Source: Candidatus Eiseniibacteriota bacterium (GTDB taxonomy: Bacteria; Eisenbacteria; RBG-16-71-46; JABDJR01). Taken from it: a stretch of 64,000 nt of DNA. The stretch is taken from assembly GCA_963783375.1 (NCBI GenBank), contig CAWANH010000029.1, positions 32,001 to 96,000 of the forward strand. Reading direction: 5' to 3'. Both the position numbers and the translations under genes were made by a program. This document shows, one piece after another, positions 30,341 through 39,800 of the stretch. The first letter of the stretch is position 1. The number at the start of each line of letters is the position of its first letter. Under the pieces are notes generated by a model. That model did no database searches. It was not told the origin of the DNA and saw nothing but the letters and a program-made list of their open reading frames with translations.

Positions 30341-30389
30341 GAGGGGTCGGACCGGGATGTGTTTCCGGGCCGGCCCCTTCTGTTTTTTT
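30341..30389 (+). terminator. Rho-independent terminator
   Basis: GAGGGGTCGG...CCGGCCCCTT stem followed by TGTTTTTTT. Confidence 0.8.
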
Positions 30390-30405
30390 CGCTACAATCC
30401 TCTCC

Positions 30406-33201
30406 ATGTCCGAGCGCCCGCCCAGAGCCGACGCCCCCAGAACGGTCATTCGGGTCCGGGGCGCCCGCCAGAACAACCTCAAGAACATCGACGTCAGCCT
30501 CCCCCGGCGCGCCCTCACCGTGGTGACCGGGGTGAGCGGCTCGGGGAAATCGAGCCTGGCCATGGACACCCTCTACGCCGAGGGGCAACGCCGCTACCTC
30601 GAGGGGGTTTCCGCCCACGCGCGACGTTTCCTGGAGCGGCTTCCCCGGCCCGAGGTCGACCGGGTGGAGGGACTTTCCCCCGCGGTGTCCCTGGGCCAAC
30701 GCTCCGGGGTCCGAAGCGCCCGATCCACCGTGGGCACCAGCACCGAGATCCACGACTATCTCCGGCTTCTCTTCGCCCGCGCCGGCCGGGTCATCTGCGA
30801 CCGGTGCGGGACGGAGGTATCCCGGTGGACGGTGGAGGGAGTGGTGGAGGCGTGGTCGGGGGACCCGGAGCGCGGCCGGCGTCTCCTGATCTCGTTTCCG
30901 TACCCACGGGATGCCGGCGATCCCCGGGCGCTTCGCCGGGCGCTCATGGCCCGAGGCTATCTCCGGGCGGTGGTGGCGGGTGTAGCGGTGGACCTGGCTG
31001 AGGCCCCCGACCGGGCGGCGGAGTGGGACATTCTCCAGGACCGGGTTCGGGAGGGACGGCGGGGGCGACTCGCCGAGGCTCTGGGCGCGGCCTTCGCCCA
31101 GGGCCGGGGGCGGGCCACGGTGCACGCCGACGGGGAGCCGGCGGCGCGATACCGGTTGGGGCGGGTGTGCGCGGGCTGCGGCGGGAGCTATCCCGACCCC
31201 CATCCCCTCCATTTCTCCTTCAACAGCCCGGTCGGGGCCTGCCCGGCCTGCCAGGGGTTCGGCTACATCCTGGAGTTCGATCCGGAGAAGATCGTCCCCG
31301 ATGCGGGTCGCACCCTCGACGAAGGCGCGGTGGTGCCGTGGGCGGGGCGCTGGAGGAGCTGGGCCCTGAAGAAACTCGCCGCCTCCCCCCGGGCCCGGTC
31401 GATCCCCCGCGACCTCCCGTTCCGGGAGCTCGCGGAGGAGGACCGGGGCTTCCTGTTCGCCGGTGACCGCACCTTTCCCGGGGTCATGCGTTTCCTGGAA
31501 AGGCTTTCCCGGAAGGGCTACAAGGCGGGGGCGCGCTTTCTGGTCAAGCGGTACCAGAGTCCCCGCCTCTGCCCGGACTGTGGCGGAAGCCGGCTCCGGG
31601 CCGAGGGACGGCGGGTGCGGGTGGGGGGAAAGAGCCTCCCGGAATGGTCCGAGCTGCCCGTGGCCGATCTGGCGCCGTTCCTCGAAGGGCTCGACCCGAC
31701 CCCGCGGGAACGGGAGACGGTGCGCGCGCTCCTCGGTGACCTCGTTCATCGCCTCGGGGTCCTGGACCGGGTCGGACTGGGATACCTAACCCTGAGCCGG
31801 CTCACCCGAACCCTCTCCGGCGGCGAGGCCCAGCGGATCGAGCTGGCTCAGGCCCTGGGGGCGAGCCTGGTGGATGCGCTGTACGTTCTCGACGAGCCCA
31901 CGGTGGGTCTCCATCCCCGCGACACCGGCCGCCTCCTGGAGGTGCTCCGGGATCTCACCGGTCAGGGAAACACCGTGGTGGTGGTGGAGCACGATCGCGA
32001 GGTCATGACCGCGGCGGACTGGCTGGTCGATCTGGGGCCGGGGGCCGGGGCCGCCGGGGGGAGCGTCGTCTATTGCGGACCCTCGGCCGGCCGGACCGAG
32101 GCCCCCTGGTCCCCCACCGTGGACGTGCTTCGCGAGGCGCCCCCGACCGCGCGCCCCCCCCTCTGCGAACCCCGGGGATGGCTCCGGATCCGGGACGCCT
32201 CCCTGCACAACCTGAAGAGCGTCGACGTGGATTTCCCCTGGGGCGTCCTCACCGGGGTTTGCGGGGTGAGCGGGTCGGGAAAGAGCACCCTGGTGGCCGA
32301 GACCCTGGTTCCCCTTCTCGAGCAGGCGCTCTCCGCAGGGGGGAACGCGGCCACCGGCCGGGAGTCCGCCCGCGAGGGTCTGGGGCGGCTCCACATCGAG
32401 GCCCCGGTGGCGGGGGTGAGGGTGGTGAGCCAGGACCCGCTCTCCCGGTCCGCCCGCTCGGTCCCCGCCAGCTACGTGGGGGCCTGGACCGGGATCCGCT
32501 CGGTTTTCGCCGCGCTCCCCGAGTCCAAACGGCGGGGATTCACCCCCGGCACCTTTTCCTTCAACGTCTCCGGCGGGCGTTGCGAGGTCTGCCGGGGTGA
32601 GGGAGAGGTGACGGTGGACATGGACTTCATGCCCGACGTCCGACTTCCCTGCGATGCGTGCGGGGGGGCCCGCTTCGGACCGGAGGCCCGGGCGCCGCGT
32701 TATCGGGGTCAGAACATCGTGGACGTGCTCGGACTCACCGTCGACCGGGCCCTTTCCCTGTTCGCCGCCGTGCCCTCGGTGGCCCGGCCGCTCTGGTGGA
32801 TGCAGCGGGTGGGGCTCGGCTACCTCACCCTGGGCCAGGCCGCACCGACCCTCTCCGGCGGCGAGGCTCAACGCCTGAAGCTCACCCGGGAGCTGGCCAC
32901 CGGACTGACCGGCCGCCTCGTCGTCCTCGACGAACCCACGGTGGGGCTTCACGGCTCGGAGGTGGCCCGGTTGGTGGACATCCTCCGTGACATGGTGCGA
33001 TCGGGAAACACGGTTCTGGTCATCGAACACCACATCGATGTTCTCGCCGCGTGCGACTGGCTGGTGGAGCTGGGACCCGACGGCGGGGAGGGGGGAGGAT
33101 GCCTGGTGGCCGGGGGGCCCCCGGAGATCGTGGTCCGGGCGCCCGGCTCGCCGATCGCTCCGTTCCTGGCCCCGCTTCTCGCCGGAGGTCGTTCCGGTTA
33201 G
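30406..33201 (+). CDS. uvrA: Excinuclease ABC subunit A
   Basis: GARQNNLKN, two Walker A motifs (GVSGSGKS), two LSGGEAQR signatures, Zn fingers, FSFN motifs. Divergent, possibly a secondary paralog. Confidence 0.93.
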   Translation: MSERPPRADAPRTVIRVRGARQNNLKNIDVSLPRRALTVVTGVSGSGKSSLAMDTLYAEGQRRYLEGVSAHARRFLERLPRPEVDRVEGLSPAVSLGQRSGVRSARSTVGTSTEIHDYLRLLFARAGRVICDRCGTEVSRWTVEGVVEAWSGDPERGRRLLISFPYPRDAGDPRALRRALMARGYLRAVVAGVAVDLAEAPDRAAEWDILQDRVREGRRGRLAEALGAAFAQGRGRATVHADGEPAARYRLGRVCAGCGGSYPDPHPLHFSFNSPVGACPACQGFGYILEFDPEKIVPDAGRTLDEGAVVPWAGRWRSWALKKLAASPRARSIPRDLPFRELAEEDRGFLFAGDRTFPGVMRFLERLSRKGYKAGARFLVKRYQSPRLCPDCGGSRLRAEGRRVRVGGKSLPEWSELPVADLAPFLEGLDPTPRERETVRALLGDLVHRLGVLDRVGLGYLTLSRLTRTLSGGEAQRIELAQALGASLVDALYVLDEPTVGLHPRDTGRLLEVLRDLTGQGNTVVVVEHDREVMTAADWLVDLGPGAGAAGGSVVYCGPSAGRTEAPWSPTVDVLREAPPTARPPLCEPRGWLRIRDASLHNLKSVDVDFPWGVLTGVCGVSGSGKSTLVAETLVPLLEQALSAGGNAATGRESAREGLGRLHIEAPVAGVRVVSQDPLSRSARSVPASYVGAWTGIRSVFAALPESKRRGFTPGTFSFNVSGGRCEVCRGEGEVTVDMDFMPDVRLPCDACGGARFGPEARAPRYRGQNIVDVLGLTVDRALSLFAAVPSVARPLWWMQRVGLGYLTLGQAAPTLSGGEAQRLKLTRELATGLTGRLVVLDEPTVGLHGSEVARLVDILRDMVRSGNTVLVIEHHIDVLAACDWLVELGPDGGEGGGCLVAGGPPEIVVRAPGSPIAPFLAPLLAGGRSG

Positions 33202-33239
33202 CGGTCGTGGAGGAGGCGCGCGGCGGGTAGAATGAGCCC

Positions 33240-34631
33240 ATGAGCTTCGAACTGTTCCCCGGCGCCCACGACGCCGGCCCGGACGACTCCGGCGCCACCG
33301 ACGCGCTGCCCGCTCCCGGCGCCCCCCTGGCCGAACGGCTTCGCCCGCGCGCTCTCCCGGAGGTGGTGGGCCAGGAGCACCTGACCGCCCCCGACCGGCT
33401 CCTGGGTCGCATCCAGGCCGGGGGCGTCCTCCCCTCGCTCATCTTCTGGGGCCCGCCGGGGACCGGGAAGACCACCCTGGCCCGCATTCTGGCCCGAGGC
33501 CGGGGGGCCGAGTTCATCGGCCTCTCTGCGGTCTCGGCCGGGGTCAAGGAGGTGCGGGCCGCGGTGGAGGAGGCGCGGCGGAACCGTCGCGCCGGCCGAC
33601 GCACCGTCCTCTTCCTGGACGAGATCCACCGGTTCAACAAGGCCCAGCAGGACGCGCTCCTTCCCACCGTGGAATCGGGGCTCCTGGTTCTCCTCGGCGC
33701 CACCACCGAGAACCCGTCTTTCGAAGTGAATGCCGCGCTCCTCAGCCGCTGCCGGGTGGTGGTGCTGAAGGAGCTCGACGCGGCGGCCCTGGAACGGCTG
33801 TTCGATCGTGCCCTGGCCGACCGCGATCGTGGTTTGGGGGAGCGCGGGCTCCGCTTCGACCCGGAAGCCCGCGCCGCCCTCGTTCGAGGCGCCGACGGCG
33901 ACGCCCGCCGGCTGCTCAACACCCTCGAGGTGATCGAGGGGCTGGCCCCGGAGACCGCCGGAGAGGGAACCCTCGTGGGCGTGGACGCGGTTCGGGAGGC
34001 GCTCCAGGCCGCGGCACTCCGCTACGACCGCGCCGGGGACGAGCACTACAACCTCATTTCCGCCCTTCACAAGAGCGTGCGGGCCAGCGACCCCCAGGGA
34101 GCCGTCTACTGGACCGAGCGCATGCTGGCGGCGGGGGAGGATCCGCTCTACGTGGCGCGACGCCTGGTGCGGATGGCGGTGGAGGACGTCGGCCTCGCCG
34201 ATCCGGACGCCCTCCCCCGGACCATGGCCGCCCGGGAGGCGGTCCACTTCCTCGGCCTTCCCGAGGGCGCGGCGGCCCTCGCCCAAGCGGCGATCTACCT
34301 CGCCCTGGCCCCCAAGAGCAACCGGGTCTATCGGGCGGAGCTGGCGGCCCGGGAGGTGATCGAACGGACCGGGACCCTTCCCGTCCCCCTGGCCTTTCGG
34401 AACCCGGTGACCGGGCTCATGAAGGGATTGGGGTACGGCGGCGGCTACCGCTACGACCACGACGTCGAGGGAGCCGTATCCGGACAGAAGGGGCTTCCCG
34501 AGGAGCTGGCGGGAACCCGGTTCTACGAGCCCTCTCCCCGGGGGTTCGAGCGCGAACTCACCGATCGCCTGCGGATGCTGGACAGCGTGGGGCCGCCCCC
34601 GGATTCTCCGGACCCCCCTCACCAGGACTGA
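33240..34631 (+). CDS. rarA: Replication-associated recombination protein A
   Basis: [58 protein letters not shown]. Confidence 0.96.
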   Translation: MSFELFPGAHDAGPDDSGATDALPAPGAPLAERLRPRALPEVVGQEHLTAPDRLLGRIQAGGVLPSLIFWGPPGTGKTTLARILARGRGAEFIGLSAVSAGVKEVRAAVEEARRNRRAGRRTVLFLDEIHRFNKAQQDALLPTVESGLLVLLGATTENPSFEVNAALLSRCRVVVLKELDAAALERLFDRALADRDRGLGERGLRFDPEARAALVRGADGDARRLLNTLEVIEGLAPETAGEGTLVGVDAVREALQAAALRYDRAGDEHYNLISALHKSVRASDPQGAVYWTERMLAAGEDPLYVARRLVRMAVEDVGLADPDALPRTMAAREAVHFLGLPEGAAALAQAAIYLALAPKSNRVYRAELAAREVIERTGTLPVPLAFRNPVTGLMKGLGYGGGYRYDHDVEGAVSGQKGLPEELAGTRFYEPSPRGFERELTDRLRMLDSVGPPPDSPDPPHQD

Positions 34632-34671
34632 CCCGAGAGCCTGTCCGGACCACCGGGGCCCGGATCGTTCG

Positions 34672-34752
34672 GGACCGCCACCGCCGGGATCAGCCCGCCC
34701 CGCCCAGTGTCATCCCGGACCGCCACCGCCGGGATCAGCCCGCCCCGCCCAG
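34672..34752. repeat. Two identical 36-bp direct repeats (period 45)
   Basis: GGACCGCCACCGCCGGGATCAGCCCGCCCCGCCCAG at 34672-34707 and 34717-34752. Confidence 0.92.
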
Positions 34753-34805
34753 GAGTGTGACGCTCAGGAACCTTCCTGAATCTCTACCCAAAGAGATCTC
34801 TCCCC

Positions 34806-34841
34806 AAAAAAACGGAGCCTGACCCGGTGGGGTCAGGCTCC
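34806..34841 (-). terminator. Rho-independent terminator of the 34876-35496 gene
   Basis: Perfect 12-bp stem GGAGCCTGACCC/GGGTCAGGCTCC with a T7 tail on the minus strand. Confidence 0.88.
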
Positions 34842-34875
34842 CTGAAATTGCGCTACGGCCGGTTCGGGCTCCCGG

Positions 34876-35496
34876 TTACTGGGCCGTGCAGGACTCGCTG
34901 TTCTTGATGCCGGAGCCGGCCAACGAGGCGTCGTCGATGGCGACGATGCCGTCGCTGTTCAGATCGGAGCAGTAGTTGAAGGTGCCGCTCTTGAAGAACT
35001 CCCCGTGGAAGGACGCATCGGTCAGACTCACGCCCGAGGTCGCGCCCGGATTCCACCCCTGCCAGGGGAGAAGTCCGGCGTTGTCCACGGCATCAGGGCT
35101 CACCCCGCCGACTTCGTTCAACTTGATCCCGGCGGCGAAGACCTCCACTGCCGGAGGTGCGGCGACCTGGGAGGGATCGATGCAGCCGCCGGCCCCGATG
35201 AAGAAGTGAGCCTGTCCGCCGGCATCGGTAATCGCCTCGATGGTCGGATGCGTCTGGCCGACACACCACTGAACCAGGGAATCCGCCTCGGTGGAGAAAA
35301 TGACCTGGACGGTGGCGCCGGAGATCGGTCCCGAGGAGCCGTTGACGGTCACGATGTACTCCAGGTTCCCGCCGGGGCTGTAAATAACGTTGGGAGCATC
35401 GCTCAGGCTTGGATCGGGGATCCCGGCGTACACTGCGACAGGTACCACCATAGCCGCCACGAGCACACCCAGAAGGAGACGAAAACTGCGACCCAT
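34876..35496 (-). CDS. Secreted protein with Ig-like region and dockerin/EF-hand-like C-terminus
   Basis: AGGAGGT RBS, signal peptide ending VYA-GIPDP; duplicated Ca-loop-like motifs SPD...GVSLTDASF and SDLNSDGIVAIDDASL. Confidence 0.8.
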   Translation of the reverse strand: MGRSFRLLLGVLVAAMVVPVAVYAGIPDPSLSDAPNVIYSPGGNLEYIVTVNGSSGPISGATVQVIFSTEADSLVQWCVGQTHPTIEAITDAGGQAHFFIGAGGCIDPSQVAAPPAVEVFAAGIKLNEVGGVSPDAVDNAGLLPWQGWNPGATSGVSLTDASFHGEFFKSGTFNYCSDLNSDGIVAIDDASLAGSGIKNSESCTAQ

Positions 35497-35572
35497 CGGT
35501 GCACCTCCTATAGTCAGTTTCGGGCTAAAAAAGCAGCTCCACCCTAGCCACCGCTGGAGTTGGATTGCAGTT

Positions 35573-35602
35573 AGTCTACCAAGTCGCTGGACCTGGAATC
35601 AA
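35573..35602 (-). promoter_or_regulatory. Putative sigma70 promoter of the dockerin-like gene
   Basis: Minus strand TTGATT-N18-TAGACT with extended -10 TG, in an AT-rich patch. Confidence 0.5.
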
Positions 35603-35676
35603 CAGTTTCTTAACATTTCTTAGAAGTTGTTGGTAGATAACGCATTCCAGGGCCGTTGCCGGCGGGGAGCCGACGG

Positions 35677-36543
35677 TCAGGGCTTCAGGCCCTCATCGGG
35701 TTGCTTTCCCTTGGGGGGGCTCTTGAGAGCCTGCCGGGATCCGGCCTGGTTGAGCCGGGTGGCGATGGCCTGGGGGAATTCGAGGGACTGGGGGGCGCCG
35801 CACACCGTGCAGTTGAGCCAGTAGATGTGTGAGAGGCTCCCGCCCTCGTGCAGCTTGGATTTCTCCTTGACCACCTTGTAGGTGCCCCCGTCCTTGGGAC
35901 AGCGCATCCGGAGGACCACGGATCCTTCGCGCATGGACTCGGCCTGGGCGGAAGTGATCAGGTCGTTCTGAGCGCTCACATAGAGGTTGGTCGCGTAGCG
36001 TATGAGCCTGAGCGCCAGCTCGGCCGCGTTCTCCGGGGGGATCTCGTTTCTGGCGATCAGGGTGTCCGCGGCCACCAACGCCGCCTCGGCCATCCCCACC
36101 ACCATGAACGCCACCGGCTTGTTCCCGAGCGCGGGGACCCCGGGAAGTGCCTTGTTGAAGAGGACGGCCTGGGCCTCCGGTGGCAGCGTGGTGTCCGCGG
36201 CCACCGCCTTGGTCGCGACCCCGTGGAGGGCCTCGACCACGCTCCGGTCGAAGCGGTCCTGGGTCTCGATGCCGTCGAAGGTGGTGAGCGGAAGCTTCTT
36301 CCCGAGCACCACCAACCCCGCCTCCCGTTGCAGGAGAAGACGATGGGTCAGCTCGAGGGCAGCGGTGGGGGACGCGGGGGCGCCCCCCCCCGCGTGGAGA
36401 AGGGAATCGGTCAGGGCCGCCTGATCCTCGAGAAAGGCCTTGTCCACCTTGGCCGTTTCGGCCCGGGCGGCGGGGGCCGCCCCCAGACAGAGGACCACGG
36501 CGAAAAGCCCGGCGCTGGTGGCACGGGTTCGGATCTGATTCAT
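35677..36543 (-). CDS. Secreted hypothetical protein with C-terminal Cys cluster
   Basis: GGAGGAGG RBS, signal peptide ending AARA, helical core, CPKD...CTVC; natural amino-acid composition. Confidence 0.78.
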   Translation of the reverse strand: MNQIRTRATSAGLFAVVLCLGAAPAARAETAKVDKAFLEDQAALTDSLLHAGGGAPASPTAALELTHRLLLQREAGLVVLGKKLPLTTFDGIETQDRFDRSVVEALHGVATKAVAADTTLPPEAQAVLFNKALPGVPALGNKPVAFMVVGMAEAALVAADTLIARNEIPPENAAELALRLIRYATNLYVSAQNDLITSAQAESMREGSVVLRMRCPKDGGTYKVVKEKSKLHEGGSLSHIYWLNCTVCGAPQSLEFPQAIATRLNQAGSRQALKSPPKGKQPDEGLKP

Positions 36544-36697
36544 CGGTGCCCTTCCTCCTCCGGTTCCGGGATGGGGAGGAGCGTCCGGCGGTCGGGCCGG
36601 GTGCCCCCCGGGGATGGGGATTCAGACTAGCATCGCCCGCGCGACCGGCCAACCGGCCGCCGTCCGGACGAGCAATCCGGACGAGACAGGTTCTCTT

Positions 36698-36726
36698 TTG
36701 ACACGGTACACCGCCCCTGATAAACT
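36698..36726 (+). promoter_or_regulatory. Sigma70 promoter of the C25 peptidase operon
   Basis: TTGACA-N17-TAAACT with extended -10 TG; TCCGGACGAG direct repeat at 36663-36672 and 36676-36685. Confidence 0.78.
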
Positions 36727-36898
36727 CTAATACTCAACCTGGGACCGATGATTCCGCATCAGGATCCTCGCGCCGAGTTCCGGAGTTCAATGGAGCCGAC
36801 GCTTGGGTGCCGTTACGGAACCGTGCCCAGGGTCGGCTCTTCGTGTCCTAGCAGCAACTGAGGTCCCCCTCACTCCTTTTCCCAAGGAGGCCGCCTCG

Positions 36899-39800
36899 AT
36901 GCACCCTTCCCCCAGGGTCATCCTCTGGATTCTGTTTGCCTCGCTCCTGCTCCCCCTTGCGCCCATGGCGCCCCGAGCGTCCGAGACCATCCTCCACGTC
37001 GACCGTCGTTACGATGCGGGGCGACTGAGGGTGGGGGCGGGAGCCGCCGGGGTGAGCGTGTCCCTGGAAGGACTCCGGAACCTCGAGGAGCCGGGCCTCC
37101 CCGCCCTCCCCGTGGACCGGGTCACCGTCGAGGCTCCTCCCGGCATGCGCCTGGCCGACATCGGGGTCCGGGTGTCCGGGGAATCGCAGGCGGCGATCAC
37201 CGCCCCCCCCGCGGCCTTCCGGGCCGACGCCGGGCCGGACCGGACTCCGGTGGGGGCCGACCCCTCGGTCTACGGCGGCACGACCCCGTTTCCAACCCGG
37301 ACGGCGGAAATCCTCCCCGGCGGCTACTTCCGCGGACGGCGCATGGAGACGGTGGAGATCCACCCCGTACGGTGGCTTCCGGCGGTGGGGCGCCTGGTCA
37401 CGGCGGGACACGTGGAGCTGGAACTCCGGTTCGAGCCGGACAATTCGACGAATCGCCTCCGGCCGCGGAACGTGGCCTGGGAGCCCGAAGACCGGTTCGC
37501 CGAGGCCGCGCGTGCCCTCGAGTCGGTCTCGAGCCCGGAGGTGTCTCTCGATCATCACCGCCGGCTGAGCCCGCTCGTGAACGGAGGGGAACCGTTCTCG
37601 CCCCGCTTCCTTCCCTCGGAGGACGGGTCTCCGGTCCGGTACCTCATCATCACCACCGATTCCATGGCCCCCGCCTTCCAGGATCTCGCCGACTGGAAGA
37701 CGGCGCTCGGGTTTCCCACCGTGGTGAGGACCACCGCCTGGATCTATGCCAACTATCCGCGGGGGGTCGATCACGCGGAGGACGTGCGGAACTTCGTTCG
37801 CGAGGCGGTGGAGAAGTGGGGCGTGGAGTACGTGCTTCTGGCCGGTGACCTCGGGCAGGTTCCGGTGCGATACGGAAAGTCGTACTACTACACCGGAGAC
37901 CTCATACCCACCGATCTCTACTTCATGTGTCTGGACGGCAACTGGGACGGAAACGGCGACGATCTATTCGGTCAGGCCTACGTCAACGCCACGGTCAAGG
38001 GCGACGGCGCCGATCTCTACCCCGACGTGTGGGAGGGGCGGCTTCCGGTGCGAAGCGCTGCTGAGGCCAGCCAGTACATCGCCAAGGTCAAGAACTACGA
38101 GACGAAGGCCCCCCTGGGGCCGGGATTCGGCGACGAAGCGCTTCTCCTGGGCGAAATGGTCGTCCCCCAGAACTGGAGCCAGGGGGACACCGTGCTCTAC
38201 GACGGAGCCGGACTCTGCGAGAGCGCCGGGAGCTACATGACCCCCGGGATCGCCAGCCACCGCATGTACGAGAACTACACCCAGTACTCGGGGGCCTTCT
38301 GGGAGGTCAAGCCGGACGTGGTCGCCCAGATCAACCACGGATACAACATGATCCTCCACGTGGGTCACGGGTACCGGAACACCATGTCGGTGGGCTACGA
38401 CAGCCAGAGCCTGGCCAACGGCGACGTGGACGCCTTCTACAACGGGAACCGCCAGGGCCTGCTGTACGCCATCAACTGCACGTCGTCGGCCTTCGATTTC
38501 GACTGCATCGCCGATCACTTCATCCGGAACCCGAACGGGGGCGTGGTGGCCTCGATCGGATCCACCCGGTACGATTTCCCCTTCACCGGCCGCCACTATC
38601 AGGACGAATTCTTCCACCAGGTCTACGACGCGGGGATCACACGGCTGGGCGACGTCGCCGCCCTGCAGAAGGTGCCCTTCATTCCCCTGTCCTCCAAGGA
38701 CGGCGAGTACCGGTGGACCCAGTTCAACCTCATCCTCATGGGAGACCCCACCCTCGACCTGTACACCGGACCGGTGGATACCCTGAGCGCGACCCTGCTG
38801 AGTCCGCCGGTGCTGGGACAGAACGCCTATACCGTCCAGGTATCCGCTTCCTCGGGCCCGGTGGAGGGAGCCACGGTCTGCTTGAACAAGGCCGGGGACT
38901 CCTACGGCTACGCGGTGACCGACGCCGCGGGGCAGGCGGTGATCCAGTTCGACCCGGACCTCCCCGGAGCGGCCACCCTGGGGGCGCGGGCTCACAACTT
39001 CCGGTCCCGGGTGGACACGATCCAGGTCGCGGCCCCCGCGGGGCTCCATCTCTTTGCCGGTGACGTGGTGATCGACGATGCCGCGGGAGGGGACGGGGAC
39101 GGAATCCTCGAGGCGGGGGAGACCGCCCTCCTCTATCCGGTCCTGGGGAACCAGGGGGGCTCGACCGCGACCGGCGTCACCGTAACCGTGGTCCAGGCCC
39201 CGGCCGGGATCACCGTGCTCGACGGATCCGCCTCCTGCCCGGAGGTGCTGCCCGATTCCACCGCTGCCTGCACCGATCCGCTCGAGGTCCTCGTGGACCC
39301 GGCCGCGCCCGACGTGAGCCTTCAGACCCTGGATCTCCACATCTCCGCCGGGGCGTACGTCCGGGATCTTCCCATGGCGCTCTACGTGGGTGCCCCGAGC
39401 CTGCTCGTGGCCGGTAGCGCATGGCGCGACACCGTGGGGAACGGGAACGGCGACGGGATCGTTCAGGCCGGCGAGGACCAGTTCTTCCGGGTGACCCTCG
39501 AGAACCTGGGGCTCGGGGTGGCCGCCGGTCTCACCGCCTCCCTGACCAGCGCCGACCCCGCGGTCCAGATCAGCGACGGGACCTCGTTCTACGGCGACCT
39601 GGAGCCGGATTCATCGGCGACCGGGGACGGTTTCCTGTTCCGGTTCAGCGATTCCGATCCCACCCATGCGATGCGGCTCACGGTTGCCGCCCAGGGAGGC
39701 GTCCTCCTGGACCGGGACGTGAACATCGTGCCTCCGGCCGCCCCCGTCGGACTCGCCGCCCAGGGCGGGGCGGAGGACATCGGTCTTCGCTGGTACCCGG

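Noticed and set aside
34672-34752. CRISPR array
   Set aside because: Only two copies, 9-bp spacer, no cas genes or leader.
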